DNA from: Eledone cirrhosa
Taxonomy: Eukaryota
NCBI GenBank assembly: GCA_964016885.1
Contig: OZ024744.1
Coordinates: forward strand, 87,792,001-87,856,000
Direction: 5' to 3'
DNA: 64,000 nt
A program made the position numbers and the translations under genes. The notes beneath the pieces were generated by a model, which saw nothing but the letters and a program-made list of their open reading frames with translations, was not told the DNA's origin and did no database searches. Of this stretch, positions 26,632 to 39,849 are shown piece after piece (positions within the stretch are counted from its first letter, which is position 1; every line of letters begins with the position of its first letter).

Positions 26632-28620
26632 CTAGCAGATTTACCCGGCGTTGCTCGGGGTTTGAAATTATGCTAAGAATATACAGCTAGGAAGTAAAAG
26701 AAGAACATTATTTGTCCCCAACCTGTCAAAATAAGCAGAAGTCTTCAATAATTAATGCAAACGAATATTTAGTGCAACCTTTGTACACATAAAACTATGC
26801 TGATAATGAAGGAAAACACTGAACAGTATGTAGTTATACAAATGATTAAAGACAATACACGTTGCAAATCTGTAAAAAAAACAGGCAGTTTTGCTAAAGT
26901 ACAAAAAGTTGTAATGAAAGCAGAGTTGTATAAAAACAAAAAAAAAACAATGAGAGTAGAATAAGAGAAAATCTATTCTTTGAGAGCATCCTTTGCTGTG
27001 TATGGTTACATTTTTAACTTATAATCCAAAATATCCTGCATGACATATTCATTGGTATGTTTTGTAATGAGTAAGGTGAAGTCAAGGCCGAACTGTAATA
27101 AGTTTTTTTTTTAACACTAAAGTGCTTCAGGATAGACGATATTCTTTGTTTTATTTACGAAACAAACGCAAAGAGATTAGCTCGACTGCCAACTCGTGAG
27201 CAGACGTTTTGCACCGAAAGAGGTCATTTGAAACGCAATGTTCTACTGTCGAATATGCTTCAGAAAATCACGTGATTGTGAATGCTTACCTGTTAGAAGC
27301 ATCTGGAGAGGTTGCGGTGGTTCCCTAAGGGTGGGCAAATTAACCTTACCGCTGGAGCAGCACGTTCCAGCTGACCCCCCCCCCCACACACACACACACT
27401 TTTTAGCTATACAATGTTGGCAAGTATTTGACATGGCATATATTTGAATATCAGGATGGATTTGATAGTTTACATTAGGGTCATAATTAACTGACTTAAG
27501 GTACCATCTTGAGCGTGATGTCTTTGAAATACCCCGCGATAAATCTCTACGTTGAGCGTTACCCTCCATGAATAGCTCAACAGTCTCTACAGCTCGTGCT
27601 GTAGCAGTAGCTGAAGCATTTCTCAATTGGCGACTTTGACTTTGACGTTCTTGCTCAGTCTCAATTGCTCTTGCTGCAACATTAGCTGAAGCATTACGCG
27701 CACGGCGTCTTTCATATTTGTGTACTGTCTCTGCAGATCTTGCTGCAGCAGTATCTGTAGCATCCATAGCAAGGCGTGTTTCACGTTGCTCTGTAGTCAC
27801 TGCAGCTCGTGCTGCAGCAGTTGCTTTAACATTACTGGTTCGCCGCACTAACCGACGCTCAGCGGCGGACAAAGATGTTGCAATAACTGTACTCACCGCA
27901 TTTAGTGATTGTCTATTATCGGTTATCGCATTGTTTTCTTCGATCGATAGCCAATATGTGCATACTTTCTTTTACGGGGCATATTTGGTGAAAAGTTGTA
28001 AAGTCAAAATGTATGAATTGAAGCGTTACAGTTAACTTTGAAAGTGCAACACATTTTTTTTTGTATCAACATGACTTATGAAAGTTTTAAAAATGTAAAT
28101 GTTGTAGGTCCTAATGGTTTGAATGGAAAGTCCCATAAGGATTGTTCTAAAAATAAACAAACCGTCATCAAAATCTCGTTAATTCGAGACTGCTGCGAGA
28201 TAAGGCCCTTAACGCGAAAATTAACACTTAATATAGTGAAACAAGTTAAAAAAACAAGTATTTTTTTAACTTTGAAGAATAAACAAGAAACAAGAATAAA
28301 CAAGAAACAAACGATAATATTAGTGATTTATCTTCAAATGAATGTGATGTTTATATTTCTGAAAAGTTGGTTATCTATAAGGATTGTCAATAAAGTTTGT
28401 TATCTCCCTCACATCAATGTTTCTACCGATAATTTTGATATCGATTTTTCATTGCTCAACCTGGGTCGGTTTGAAAAATGTTTGTGATGTGACAGTCTTA
28501 GCCACCTGTGCAACGTGCACAGAAAATTTGGTCAAATTCGGTTGGTAATTGTGAAAGCCTTATGCATGCAAAGTTGTACACAGACACACACACACATCCC
28601 CGCTTTTATATATATAAAGA
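26632..28620 (-). mobile_element. Helitron, internally deleted
   Basis: Minus strand starts TC(TTTATATATATAAAAG), ends with hairpin CCCGAGCAACGCCGGG then CTAG, and sits between A and T. RepHel remnants CQHC..CCSSGKV.LP..PPQPL..FLKHIRQ..AFQMTSFG. Confidence 0.92.
27117..27982 (-). pseudogene. Helitron RepHel remnant (N-terminus fused to helicase C-terminus)
   Basis: Starts MPRKRK (27982); ORF 27243-27896; after AFQMTSFGAK it jumps to CSRVGS..KTKNIVYPEAL*. Confidence 0.82.
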
Positions 28621-29386
28621 TTATTAATTAATATAACAATATATACAATACTACTACGTCACACTACCATTATGGTATAAGCTTTGTTTCCACAACATAT
28701 ATAGAGTCTATATGTGTGCAACATATTCCATTGGCGGGCCACTTTTGAACACTGGAACAACTATTAGGACCATTAATATTTGTTAAGCACTGTTCCAAAG
28801 ATTCACCACAACTTCTTTCCATAACATGGAACTGGGAAATTATAACACACATAACCCTATCAGTGAAGCCGTTTAGTATAGGTCAACTAACAGAAAATTG
28901 TAATACGGTTACGAAAAAAATTCTAAAAAAGCCTAGAAGGTAAAAATTACAAACAGTCATCGCGGGCCACTCTGACTGGTCTGGGGGTCAGATTTTGGGC
29001 CACGGGTAGCCTGTTTCACGCTCCTGCTTTAGAAGTTAGGTGTTTCTGTTTTCATAAGAACCAATCATGTACCAATCAAAATTAACAAGCGTCCTATATT
29101 TATATCTGAACTGAAAGCGTGTGACCCGCGAGCCACCTGCTGTATGCTCCTGATATAGACTGCAAAGGTAAAATATGCACGATACTACTATTATATCATA
29201 TACGTTTGTTGATACTGCATACTTTATACACTTCGATAATAGATACTCTTACGTTATGTATGATCTCATATTCAGATTGTTTCGTATCTTTTTGTTTCTC
29301 GTTTATACATATACTTACCATTTTGCTTCCGTATAAGCAATTACGCAGAAACACACACAATCGTGTATGTGTGAGTGTATATATAC

Positions 29387-29420
<34 letters not shown>

Positions 29421-29783
29421 ATGTGCGTCTGATGGTAGCTAAGATGCTTCCATAGGCTGTATGCCGGTTGAGCACTCTTTGCTCTTACAGAGCAGAGTAT
29501 GATATAATATAAAACGAAAAATCAGTGATGCATCTGAACTCATTTATTGTGTGTTACAATTGTTTCGCCGGCGGACAGCTCGAGACACGATCATTGTGTG
29601 GATCTGTCTGATTCTGGATTTGCAGGTTCGACGGACACGTCTAATGGTTTCGGACCATATTCTCTCACTGGGGTGTTAGCGTCAAAAACATCCTCTGCGC
29701 GCGTCCTGTTATTGGCTGCTGTTTTTCTACGTCATGATAATTCTGACCAACAGGTGTCATTCGACTGACCATTATCAGCTGTC

Positions 29784-29971
29784 GCGGTGGATTGGCAGTA
29801 TCGGTAGAGGGTCGGATGCCATGCTTTCCATCATAGTTACATCCCTTTACGGTCTGAGTTCAAATCCCGCCGAGGTTTCACTTTGCCTTTCATCCTTACG
29901 GGGTCGATAAAATAAAGTACCAGTAATGTACTGTGTAATTGATGGTCTTGTGACAAAAGTGGAAACAATTA
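29784..29971 (+). mobile_element. SINE (dominant family)
   Basis: Full-length copy, flanked by direct repeat ATTATCAGCTGTCGC. Confidence 0.87.
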
Positions 29972-30506
29972 TCAGCTGTCGCATTTCTGCCACACTTCGA
30001 TGAATTACTACTGGGTTTGGTAGTTCACACGTCCACGCGCGCACTCACAGACACATATACACACACACGCACACACGCACGCACGCACACACAAACACAC
30101 ACACACAATCAAATAGATAACAACATCCGTACGCATAGCCTCCCGCTATACACACACACTTAAGGAGAACATATAAAACTATAGACATAAGCATACACAG
30201 ACGCCTGCCCACATGCCCATATACATCAACACACATACACACAGGCGCACATACATGCATACGCGTATATATACTCGTATACACAAACACGTACAGACAT
30301 ACGCAAGGACCCCCCCCCCCCCCTTTTTCCCCCTTTTTCCTCCCATGCACACGCACATACACACACGTGTCCATATATACAGGCACAGATACAGACTCGC
30401 TCGCAAACACACACACGCACACACACACACTGGCTCATATACACTCTCACAAATATGCGCATATTTACATACAGGCCCACGCACGCCTACAGAGATATAT
30501 ACATAC

Positions 30507-30575
<69 letters not shown>

Positions 30576-31058
30576 AATAGGATATATACACAAAGTTATA
30601 TAAAGATACATAATGGATCATACAATGGGTCATACATGAAATGATGCATATTGTTATAAGTATGCACATATATCAACAATATAACCATACACATACATAT
30701 ATACACATACATATATCTACATATATATATATACACATCTATATATACACATACGTATATACACATATATAAAAGAAATATGCAATATATTAAAACTATG
30801 CATATAACGTCACAGATATATATAACAAAGAAGGAGGAACGTGTATGCGCATAAGATAGTACACAGGAGAAGCATGAGATATACAGAACATATAATATGT
30901 GTTACAAGATGGAATACGTGGAGAGTATGGACTCTCTATTGAACAGACATACATGCATGGGGGTGCGTGGACCGGCCATACTGGAGTATATCACTGTGGT
31001 TGAGGTATATTGTAACACGCAATAAATTGAGTTCAGATGCATCACTGATATTTCGTTT

Positions 31059-31107
<49 letters not shown>

Positions 31108-31418
31108 ATAATAAAAATAATGAATAAAAACAAAGAAACAGTTCCTTATATTAAAACATTCATCATTTTACGATCATTTCTAGGATATATATGTGTGTGT
31201 TGGTATGTATATCATATAGATCTATGTAAACATTTTACAAACTATCAGAGGGAATATACATACCTACACATATATATATGCTGTCTTCAGAAATAATAAT
31301 CAAATTTTTCCTGTGTTTTTCATCGAAAAAATTTTGAATAGATCTTCTCTTTTCATGATATTTGGATCACATTGAGTTCTTCATACGGATTGGACGCAAC
31401 CGTATATTTTGGTATATT

Positions 31419-31452
<34 letters not shown>

Positions 31453-31504
31453 TATAAGTAATACACACATACAGTCACACACACATACACACACACACAA
31501 GTAT

Positions 31505-31775
31505 ATATATAAACAATGAGTTATTTGGTTTTTCTATTATTCAACAAAGTTAATTTATAACTGATTGGAAGCACTCAACGGCTAAGACAAAAAAAAAAGA
31601 TAGTGACATATCTTCATGTGAACTTCATGTTATCAGTTCATATGAAGATATGTCACTATCTTTAAACCAAATATTGTATTTTATCTGACGAAAGCGTACT
31701 AAAATATTGGTACCCTTGAAATGTGTATAATAAAATAAATATGGTTTTATAAAGATATTTTCCATTTATTAATAT
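31505..31775. mobile_element. Family A element, second copy
   Basis: Inverted tail 31505-31585 (similar to 1460-1540), fold-back hairpin 31596-31663, hammerhead, then 3' flank matching 1392-1439. Confidence 0.75.
31677..31737 (+). ncRNA. Minimal type I hammerhead ribozyme
   Basis: UAUUUUAU-CUGACGA-AAGcGUACUAA(aaua)UUGGUACcCUU-GAAA-UGUGUA-UA-AUAAAAUA. Confidence 0.87.
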
Positions 31776-31780
31776 TATTG

Positions 31781-31830
<50 letters not shown>

Positions 31831-31835
31831 CAATA

Positions 31836-31887
<52 letters not shown>

Positions 31888-32623
31888 AAATTGCCTTGCT
31901 ATAGAAAGGCTAAAATGGAAGTTAAATGTTCTTGTTCAGTCGTTCGGTTTGTTTCATTTGTTTTCTTATTGTTTTTCTGGTGTGCATATTGCATATGTGC
32001 GTGTGTGTATGTGCGCGCGTGCGTGTGTGTGTTTGTGTGCTCGCGTGTGCGTGTATGTGTCTCTGTGTATTACTTAACTCTTCTTCCTTAGTACACGTGC
32101 CAATGCCCACGATCTTGTTGTTGTTGTTGTTTGTCATGTTCGTACATCTGTGTGTCCTTATATGTAGTATGATGTGTGTGTGTGTGTGCGTATTTAACTG
32201 TGTGTTCTATTATTTTCTCTCTTTCTCTCTTTTGTTTATTTTTGCCTTACGTATTTGTTTCTGTTTTGTATTGCGAGTCTATGCGAAGCTGCCGGAGTAC
32301 ATTTCAATCTAAACTTAGCGACAAGATATAAACAGATAAAAGTCCCAAACAACAGTGATCTGTTGACGAAACGTGCCGGAAGTATAGTGATGTGGAGTTG
32401 AACTAAGTTCAGCAAGGACTAAGTTAAAAGTAGAAAAAAATAAACGGACACCCACACTAATCCACATACCACCTTTTAACTCTTTCTATAACTTTTCAAA
32501 AGGAGCGAAGGATAAATAGAGAGTGGGAGAGAGTGGACGGTATTTTCCATGCCAAACATAACCAGCAAAGTTAGTGACAATATGTTGGAGAGGCAGGATG
32601 TAGGAGAGGCATGATGTCAAGAA

Positions 32624-33387
32624 TAATTGTTTCTACTTTTGGCTCAAAGCCAGCAATTATCTCAGTGCGTTACTGGTACTTTATTTTATCGACCCCCGTA
32701 AGGATGATAGGCTAAGTTAACCTCGGCGGGATTTGAACTCAGACCGTAAGGGCTGTAACTCTTTGCTGCAAAACATGGTGTCAGATCCTCTACCGATACT
32801 GCCAATCCACACACTAATACTTGTTCTACTTTTGGCTCAAAGCCAGCAATTATCTCAGTGCGTTACTGGTACTTTATTTTATCGACCCCCGTAAGGATGA
32901 TAGGCTAAGTTAACCTCGGCGGGATTTGAACTCAGACCGTAAGGGCTGTAACTCTTTGCTGCAAAACATGGTGTCAGATCCTCTACCGATACTGCCAATC
33001 CACACAGTAATACTTGTTCTACTTTTGGCACAAGGCCAGCAATTATCACAGTGTATTACTGGTACTTTATTTTATCGACTCCGTAAGGATGATAGGCTAA
33101 GTTAACCTCGGCGGGATTTGAACTCAGACCGTAAGGGCTGTAACTCTTTGCTGCAAAACATGGTGTCAGACCCTCTACCGATACTGCCAATCCACACAGT
33201 AATACTTGTTCTACTTTTGGCACAAGACCAGCAATTATCACAGTGTATTACTGGTACTTTATTTTATCGACCCCGTAAGGATGATAGGCTAAGTTAACCT
33301 CGGCGGGATTTGAACTCAGAGCATAAATGGCCGTAACTTTTTGCTGCAAAGTTTGGCATCCGACCCTCTACCGATACTGCCAATCTA
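32624..33387 (-). mobile_element. Array of four head-to-tail SINEs (~192-bp period)
   Basis: Units start at ~32624, 32821, 33014 and 33206, with linker CACA(G/C)TAATAC. Confidence 0.9.
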
Positions 33388-33424
33388 CTGCAGGATGTGA
33401 AGAATAATATCATGTGATGGTAAG

Positions 33425-33845
33425 AGCTCTGGTGTCGCAGAAGAGAGTGGTGGTGTGAAGGAGGAGAGTGATTGGGGTTTGGGCCTAGGGCAAGGTGACA
33501 GGAGTGCTGCACCCCGCGGACAAGACAGCAAAAGCATTCCCCCTGACGATGGCCAGTGACACCCGCTGCAATAGTCACATCCAATCTCGCGCGGCTCCAC
33601 TCTTCATACGGATCTTGTGGAGGAGCTCGGCAGTACGGGGTCCAAGTACGCCTGAGGTCTCGACGGCGGGTACCGGTTCGAAGAGGAAGCGGCTGGACAA
33701 AACCCGCTATTTGTTTATTTTACGTTCTTCTTCGAGCCGGGGTTTGTGGCCGAAGCCATTAAGTTGGAGGCGGAGAACGTGTCGCAGCCGGTGGCGTCCC
33801 AGATGAGGGATTTACCTCCTTCGAATGGGAAGAGCGTGATTCCGT
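33425..33845 (-). mobile_element. CRE-like LINE 3' fragment
   Basis: Minus strand reads ITLFPFEGGKSLIWDATGCDTFSASNLMASATNPG; 3' region similar to 25760-25856. Confidence 0.78.
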
Positions 33846-34004
33846 AAATTTAAATAAAAGGAAAGTAAATATAGCAATAAAATATAATAGATATGATGAA
33901 TGTGATAGTATATATTAAAACCACGAAAATAACCAATAGGTGAAAATATATTCAATATTCTATTAAAAAAAAAAAAAGTACAGTACATAAATTACATATG
34001 ATAA

Positions 34005-34205
34005 TGATTTCTAGTATAGGTACAAGGTCAGTAATTTGGTGGGAGGGAAAAGTCGATTAAATCGACCCTAGTGCGTTACTGGTACTTTATTTTATCGACC
34101 TAGTAAGGATGAAAGGCGAAGTTAACCTCGGCGAGATTTGAACTTAGAATGTAAAGGGCCTTAGAACTATGCTGCGAAGCTTGTTGTCCGATGCTCTACC
34201 GATTA
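34005..34205 (-). mobile_element. SINE (dominant family)
   Basis: Diverged copy. Confidence 0.78.
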
Positions 34206-34432
34206 TAGTAATAATCTCACATATAGGCACAAGATCAAAACCTGTGAGGTAGGAGTTGATTATAATGATCCCATTACTTGACAAAATCATAAAGGTTAAA
34301 CAATGTAATATAGTAGATATACTAAAGATATAATATAATAGATACTATATTTTATGGTTTATAATCGGGTTGTGCAATGGCTTACGAGTGGAATTTAGAA
34401 TACAGAACACGCGAAAGCCCGTGATATACATA

Positions 34433-34556
34433 CCTTATTTCCCGGCGCCGAAAATAAAAAAAAAATAATAAACAACCTTCGGCCTCAAAGAACGCATGGT
34501 AGATTTTTGAGACTTATTTAAGAAAAAAGTAGCGTCTTCGACGGCAGAAAATGCGG
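34433..34556. mobile_element. Tc1/mariner-type MITE (degenerate)
   Basis: Inverse relative of 38926-39091; TA on both sides. Confidence 0.6.
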
Positions 34557-34559
34557 TAC

Positions 34560-36420
34560 ATGAAAAAGTCCATGTTTTTTCGGCTAGCCTCACCGCTCTC
34601 AGGAAGAAAGAGGGTGGCATACGCCCCATCGCCGTGGGCAATATCTTCCGGAGGCTGGCTGCCAAAGTGGTCTGCAGGTCCATAACACCCGAACTGGGCG
34701 AGGAGTTCAGTCCGGTGCAACTAGCGTGTCCGGTGGCTGTGAAGAAGCCGCACATGCAACCAGGCAGTTCTTCAACAGCTGCCCACAGGAACCAGCATCC
34801 AGGGACTCCAGACACCTCATTGTGAAGCTTGACATGAGGAATGCCTTCAACTGCTTACGCCCCGACCACCTTCTCGATGCCTACCTCAGCCGAGCCCCTG
34901 TATCTGGATGATGCTTCATCAGGCGGGCCCGAACAGACTGTCTGCCATGACTTACACTCGATGGTTCCTGCCCTGGCAGGAATCGGACTCCAGGTCAACT
35001 CGGCTAAGTCGGAGGTAGTGAGAGTCAGCCACGATGCTGAGAGCTTTTCAGCCTCCGACTCGGACGTGCGGTCCATTCTCCACAAGGTACAGGTGACCCC
35101 GAAAGAGGATGTTCTCATCCTCGGGTCACCGATGCACCCACCGGCCAACCGCTCCACCATGACGTCTAGACTTCAACAACTCCAGACTCTCACAAGCCGA
35201 CTGGGCTTGATCGACGGCCACCCAGCTCTCTTTCTGTTGAGGAACTGCTTCGCCATGCCGAAGCTCCTCTATACCCTTCGCAGCGCTCCGTGCTACACCC
35301 ACACATCTCTCCTCGCTGACCTCGATACTTGTATCCGAGAAGCAGCCGAGGAGATATGCAACGTCAAGTTTGACGACATTGGATGGCAACATGCCACTTT
35401 ACCTTTCAGGTATGGCGTGGCCTCCGGTCCCCGATCTCACTGGCTTTGCCGGCGTATCTTTCGTCGGTAACCTCGTGCGCCTCCTCGTCAGCAGGGTTCT
35501 TCTAGACACAATAGAACCCTCTGTGTTCAGAGAACGTGAGGCCGCCTGTGAGACGTGGGGCCGGCTGGGAGTTAGCCCAGTAGTTATCCCTCCTCCTTCT
35601 CCCCCTGTTGACGGCAAGTCCCCCCAAAGCACTTGGGATGCCATCCAGAGCAGCCTGACTTCAGACAGGCTCACGCGCCAGCTCGACCAGCACCGCGTTG
35701 CCTGTTTTTGTGCGGCCTCCAAACCGAACATTGGTGCCTGGCTCCATGCCCTGCCCTCCTTCTCCACTGTCACGCAGCTAGACAACAATAGCCTGCGCAT
35801 TGGCGTTTCCTTGAGGCTCGGCCTCCGGATCTGCGAGCCACACCAATGTCGCTGCGGATCCACCGTGGACACTTTCGGCCACAACCCGCTTTCCTATCGC
35901 CTCCGTGCCGACCGCCTTCCACACCATGCTGCCCTCAACGAGGTCATAAAGCATGGTTTGGACGCTGCAAGCTTCCTTTCCCAGCTCGAGCCGGTGGGGC
36001 TGGACCGAGGGGACGGCAAAAGGCCAGATGGCATGACCATCTTCCCGTTCCGCGGTAGCAAAACCCTCGTTTGGGATGCCACTTACACTGAGACTTTCTG
36101 CAGCCGCAACCTGGTGCAGTCTGCGACTAACCCGGGTTCTGTTGCACGTCGGGCTGAGGAGGCTAAATTCCTCAAATACCGGTCGATCTCCGACAGGTTT
36201 GCGGTTGCACCCCTGGCAGTGGAGACTTCTAGTGTACTCGGCCATAGGGCTACCTCTCTACTCACCACCATAGGTGCTGAGTTGGCCAGCCGCAGATGTG
36301 AGATCCGCGAGTTGGAGTGGCTTTTCCAGCGCGCCTCCCTTGCCGTCCTCCGGGGAAACGCCTTCTCCATTCTGACCGCTGTGGCGGGGTCATCGCTATC
36401 ATTCCATATTTAATTATGGT
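34560..36420 (+). mobile_element. CRE-clade non-LTR retrotransposon (RT + RLE), deleted and frameshifted
   Basis: GGIRPIAVGNIFRRL, KLDMRNAFN, YLDD, CRCG..H, RPDG..WDAT, QRASLAVLRGNA. Confidence 0.9.
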
Positions 36421-36704
36421 CGGTATGTGTATGTTTATGTTTTAAATATTCTGTCAGTTCTCGCTACGTTCTGAACTATTTTTCTTCGATCATCTATCTA
36501 ATTATTCTTGATCTCACGTATCCTCATAAAAGATATTACTGACAAGAGAAAATATTTTATACTGTATCATATATCGGAGGTGATTAACTAAACAAGACAC
36601 TAGTTCGATTTGCTTATATGCATATTTTTTAATTATAATTATTTCCGAAAATCCTGTCATTTGTATAGGGTTTTGTAGTTTCTTTCCACAGCTTCATTAA
36701 TTTA

Positions 36705-37117
36705 ATTATTTCTACTTTAGACACAAGGCCAGCAATTAACCAGTGCATTACTGGTACTTTATTTTATCGACCCTGTATGGATGAAAGGCAAAGTCAACCT
36801 CGGATTATTTATCTGTATTAATATAATACAGATAAATAATCTACGTGTTAGATATACTTTACTGAATACTGCAGTATCGGTAGAGCATCAGACACCATGC
36901 TCTGCAGCATAGAGTTATTGCTCTTTACTTTCTGATTTAAAATCCCGCCGAGTTTAACTTTGCCTTTTGGGGTCTATAAAAAAAGTACCAGTAATGCACT
37001 GTGGTAATTGCTGGCCTTGTGCCAAAAGTATAAACAATTATTATGGGGTCGATAAAATAAAGTACCAGTAATGCACTCGGATAATTACTGGCCTTGTGCC
37101 AAAAGTAGAAACAATTA
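36705..37117. mobile_element. SINE fragments (-, +, +)
   Basis: 36705-36805 (-), 36866-37040 (+), 37044-37117 (+). Confidence 0.75.
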
Positions 37118-37729
37118 TTATTACTAAATATGGTTCGCTTTTATTTTCATAATCTTTAATATGCGATCTATTATTGTAATAATAAAAATATATATTTTTT
37201 TTAATTTATACATTTTTTAAAAATTTATAAATACATTTTTATTTTTATTTCCCTTTTCCTTTTCTTTTCTTATAATAATTGTAAGAGTGCCGAGATTTTT
37301 AAATATAGCGTTTCTATTATCAATGTTTCTATCAATTATGAGGCCATTGTTGATGATATAACGATGTCTTTTTAATAATCGATAATATACGATCATTTTT
37401 TTTTTCTCTCCAATGACGCAAAAATTATTATTACTTGACTCACAGATCGAGTTATATTTTATGGAAATACTTTTAATATAATTTTTATAATAATTTTTAT
37501 GATAGTGAGTATTTTTTCTTAATTGTTTTTCTAAAAACAATTATCAGGAAGAAAATGATTTAATTTCATCTTTTCTGTTCGTTATATTATTACTATAAAG
37601 CTCCGCACCAACTCACTAGTACAGCATACCGAATTTTTAACCTCGTTTACGGGTAGAATCATTATAATTTTAATTCGTCTCATGTGCTGGGCATGGATAT
37701 ATTATCGGTAAAACCTTTTACCTTTTATC

Positions 37730-37850
37730 GTGGCCGCGTGATTAGAGAATTCGATTCGCAATCGTGAGGTTGTGAATTCGATTCCTGTACCGGGCGATGT
37801 GTTATGTCCTTGAGCAAGACACTTTATTTCACACTGTTCCTTCTACCTGG
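37730..37850 (+). mobile_element. tRNA-head SINE fragment (second family)
   Basis: TGGCCGCGTGATTAG...TTCGATTCC, then TCCTTGAGCAAGACACTT. Confidence 0.6.
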
Positions 37851-38122
37851 AGTTGCGACTGATAGATAGTATTAGCAATTGGAAAGGCCAACGGAAACAT
37901 TGTTTCCTCGGTCCGATTTGACGAAATTCGATCGACTGACGATATATATATATATATTTGATTTGCGAGGATTTTGTATCAATATATATACGAGTATATA
38001 TTAGGCATGTTTGTATATTTATTTATCTATCTATCTATACATACATACACACACACACATATATGCAAGTATATATATATATGTAATATATAAGATCAAA
38101 AGATGGTTAAAAGAGTTCCATG

Positions 38123-38194
38123 TATTTTATTATGCGCATTTCAAAAACAAATATCATCATGCAATAAACATTTGTGTTTTCATCAGATAAAATA
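38123..38194 (-). ncRNA. Minimal type I hammerhead ribozyme
   Basis: Mirror of 38253-38324. Confidence 0.87.
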
Positions 38195-38252
38195 GGAAGA
38201 CATGATATGAAGGTTAAAAAACACTTGTGGATAGTGCAGTTTTAAATCTTCC

Positions 38253-38324
38253 TATTTTATCTGATGAAAACACAAATGTTTATTGCATGATGATATTTGT
38301 TTTTGAAATGCGCATAATAAAATA
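38253..38324 (+). ncRNA. Minimal type I hammerhead ribozyme
   Basis: UAUUUUAU-CUGAUGA-AAAcACAAAUGU...AUAUUUGUuUUU-GAAA-UGCGCA-UA-AUAAAAUA; palindromic AUGCGCAU. Confidence 0.87.
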
Positions 38325-38925
38325 CATGGAACTCTTTTAACCATCTTTTGATCTTATATATTATGTATACTCCAGTCCTACAAACTGTAGAGTGCTTCTT
38401 ATCCGATATCTGCATTGCTTTATTGTACTACAATAAAACTCACCTCCTACATATATATATATATATATATATATACTTACATATATGTGTGTGTGTGTAT
38501 GCATGTATGTATAGATAGATAGATAGATAAATAAATATACAAACATACCTAACCAGAAAAACACATTCACACTCAAAAACACACACATACACACATATAT
38601 ACGTATGTAGGTGTATAGGGGTGTTTCTAGTTGGGTATGTATGCATATTTATATTGCCATACTTTGGGATATCCGCTTTTACATTTCAAAATAAAATATT
38701 TGTTTCACATTTTACCACAGTGACAGGGAATTTCTAGAGAAGACGTAAATAAGAGTGAATCAATGAAAATATATTACTGGTACTTAATTAATCAACCACT
38801 ATTGAGCAGTATTGCATGAAATTCATATTCGGAAATTCTATTCAGGTAGTTTATACGGAGTAAATATGTTAGATAAAGAAAAACCGATAAAGGGTTTAGA
38901 ACATACACAAACTTATAAATATTTA

Positions 38926-39091
38926 CCGTATTTCCCGGCGACGAAGGCGCTACTTTTTTACTAAAATAAGTCTAGAAAATGTACCATGCGTCCGAATGTT
39001 GTTTATTATTTTTTTTTTTTTTCAAATGTTTAGTCATCAAAATTAGGGTGCGTCCTCGATGACGAAGCGTCTTCGGGGCCGGGAAATACGG
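38926..39091. mobile_element. Tc1/mariner (pogo-like) MITE
   Basis: TIR CCGTATTTCCCGGC / GCCGGGAAATACGG; TA TSD. Confidence 0.85.
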
Positions 39092-39353
39092 TAGATAAAA
39101 TTAATTAGACTGAGTTCACCACATCAAGATGAAGGAAAATATTAGGAAAAATATTATAGATACATTAAATTGCGATTTAATATAGAGTTAATGAACAGGT
39201 ATCAACGGATTAGTTGTTCCAGTAATAATTGAATCGTTTCTTAACATAAAGGAAAACGAATTAACATGACTAGAACGACAAAACAACAACAAATAATAGT
39301 GAGTGCATTTACAATACGCCTGATAATCGTCGAGTCAAATCGTGAGCCTAAAC

Positions 39354-39635
39354 CAGGCATGGGCAACCTTTTTCGAGAAGCGGGCCTATGTATGGCTCAT
39401 CATCAGGTGGGCCACAAGCGCTAATTTACATTCGTGCCCACATTAAAAAAAAGGGTGTTAACTCAGGTTGTTTTGATTGATTTCTTCAGAATTCGTACCT
39501 TGTTTTCCTCGATCGTAAAAATCATAGAAAGATTACGATTGAAAAAAATCGGGATAAAAAATCACAAAGATTTCATTTAGGTGACTTAGGCGAGCCATTC
39601 AGAAAGCTTCGCAGGCCGCAGGTTGCCCATAACTG
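39354..39635. mobile_element. hAT-type MITE
   Basis: TIR CAGGCATGGGCAACCT / AGGTTGCCCATAACTG; imperfect 8-bp TSD GCCTAAAC / GCCTAGAG. Confidence 0.75.
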
Positions 39636-39849
39636 GCCTAGAGTGATTGCCCAAATCTAGTCAACGCGTTCCCAAAACACAACTCATCGTAGAAGAAAAT
39701 GAATCATTCGATAATGAGTCCTAAGTTCCACGCATAGAGATAAGAAACTATATATTAATGGCTGAATTACAGTTGTTCACAGGTCTGATTAGGGTCAAAC
39801 ACCATTAACAAAACGAAACTATCCAAATGCCAAATCTGTTACAGTCCTA

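Larger units (their letters stand above)
38084..38447. mobile_element. Palindromic non-coding element with twin hammerheads (A-related)
   Basis: Identical 117-bp inverted arms 38084-38200 and 38247-38363, 46-nt spacer, extra tail 38364-38447. Confidence 0.82.

Noticed and set aside
29428-29455. CTGATGG-tAGC..GCTt hammerhead-like half
   Set aside because: GAAA and the 3' half are missing.
32333-32380. CAACAG-TGAT-CTGTTG-AC-GAAACGT hairpin
   Set aside because: The 5' core has two mismatches (CAGATAA) and there is no stem I; at most a relic.
32624-33387. CRISPR-like periodicity
   Set aside because: Eukaryotic SINE units with no unique spacers.
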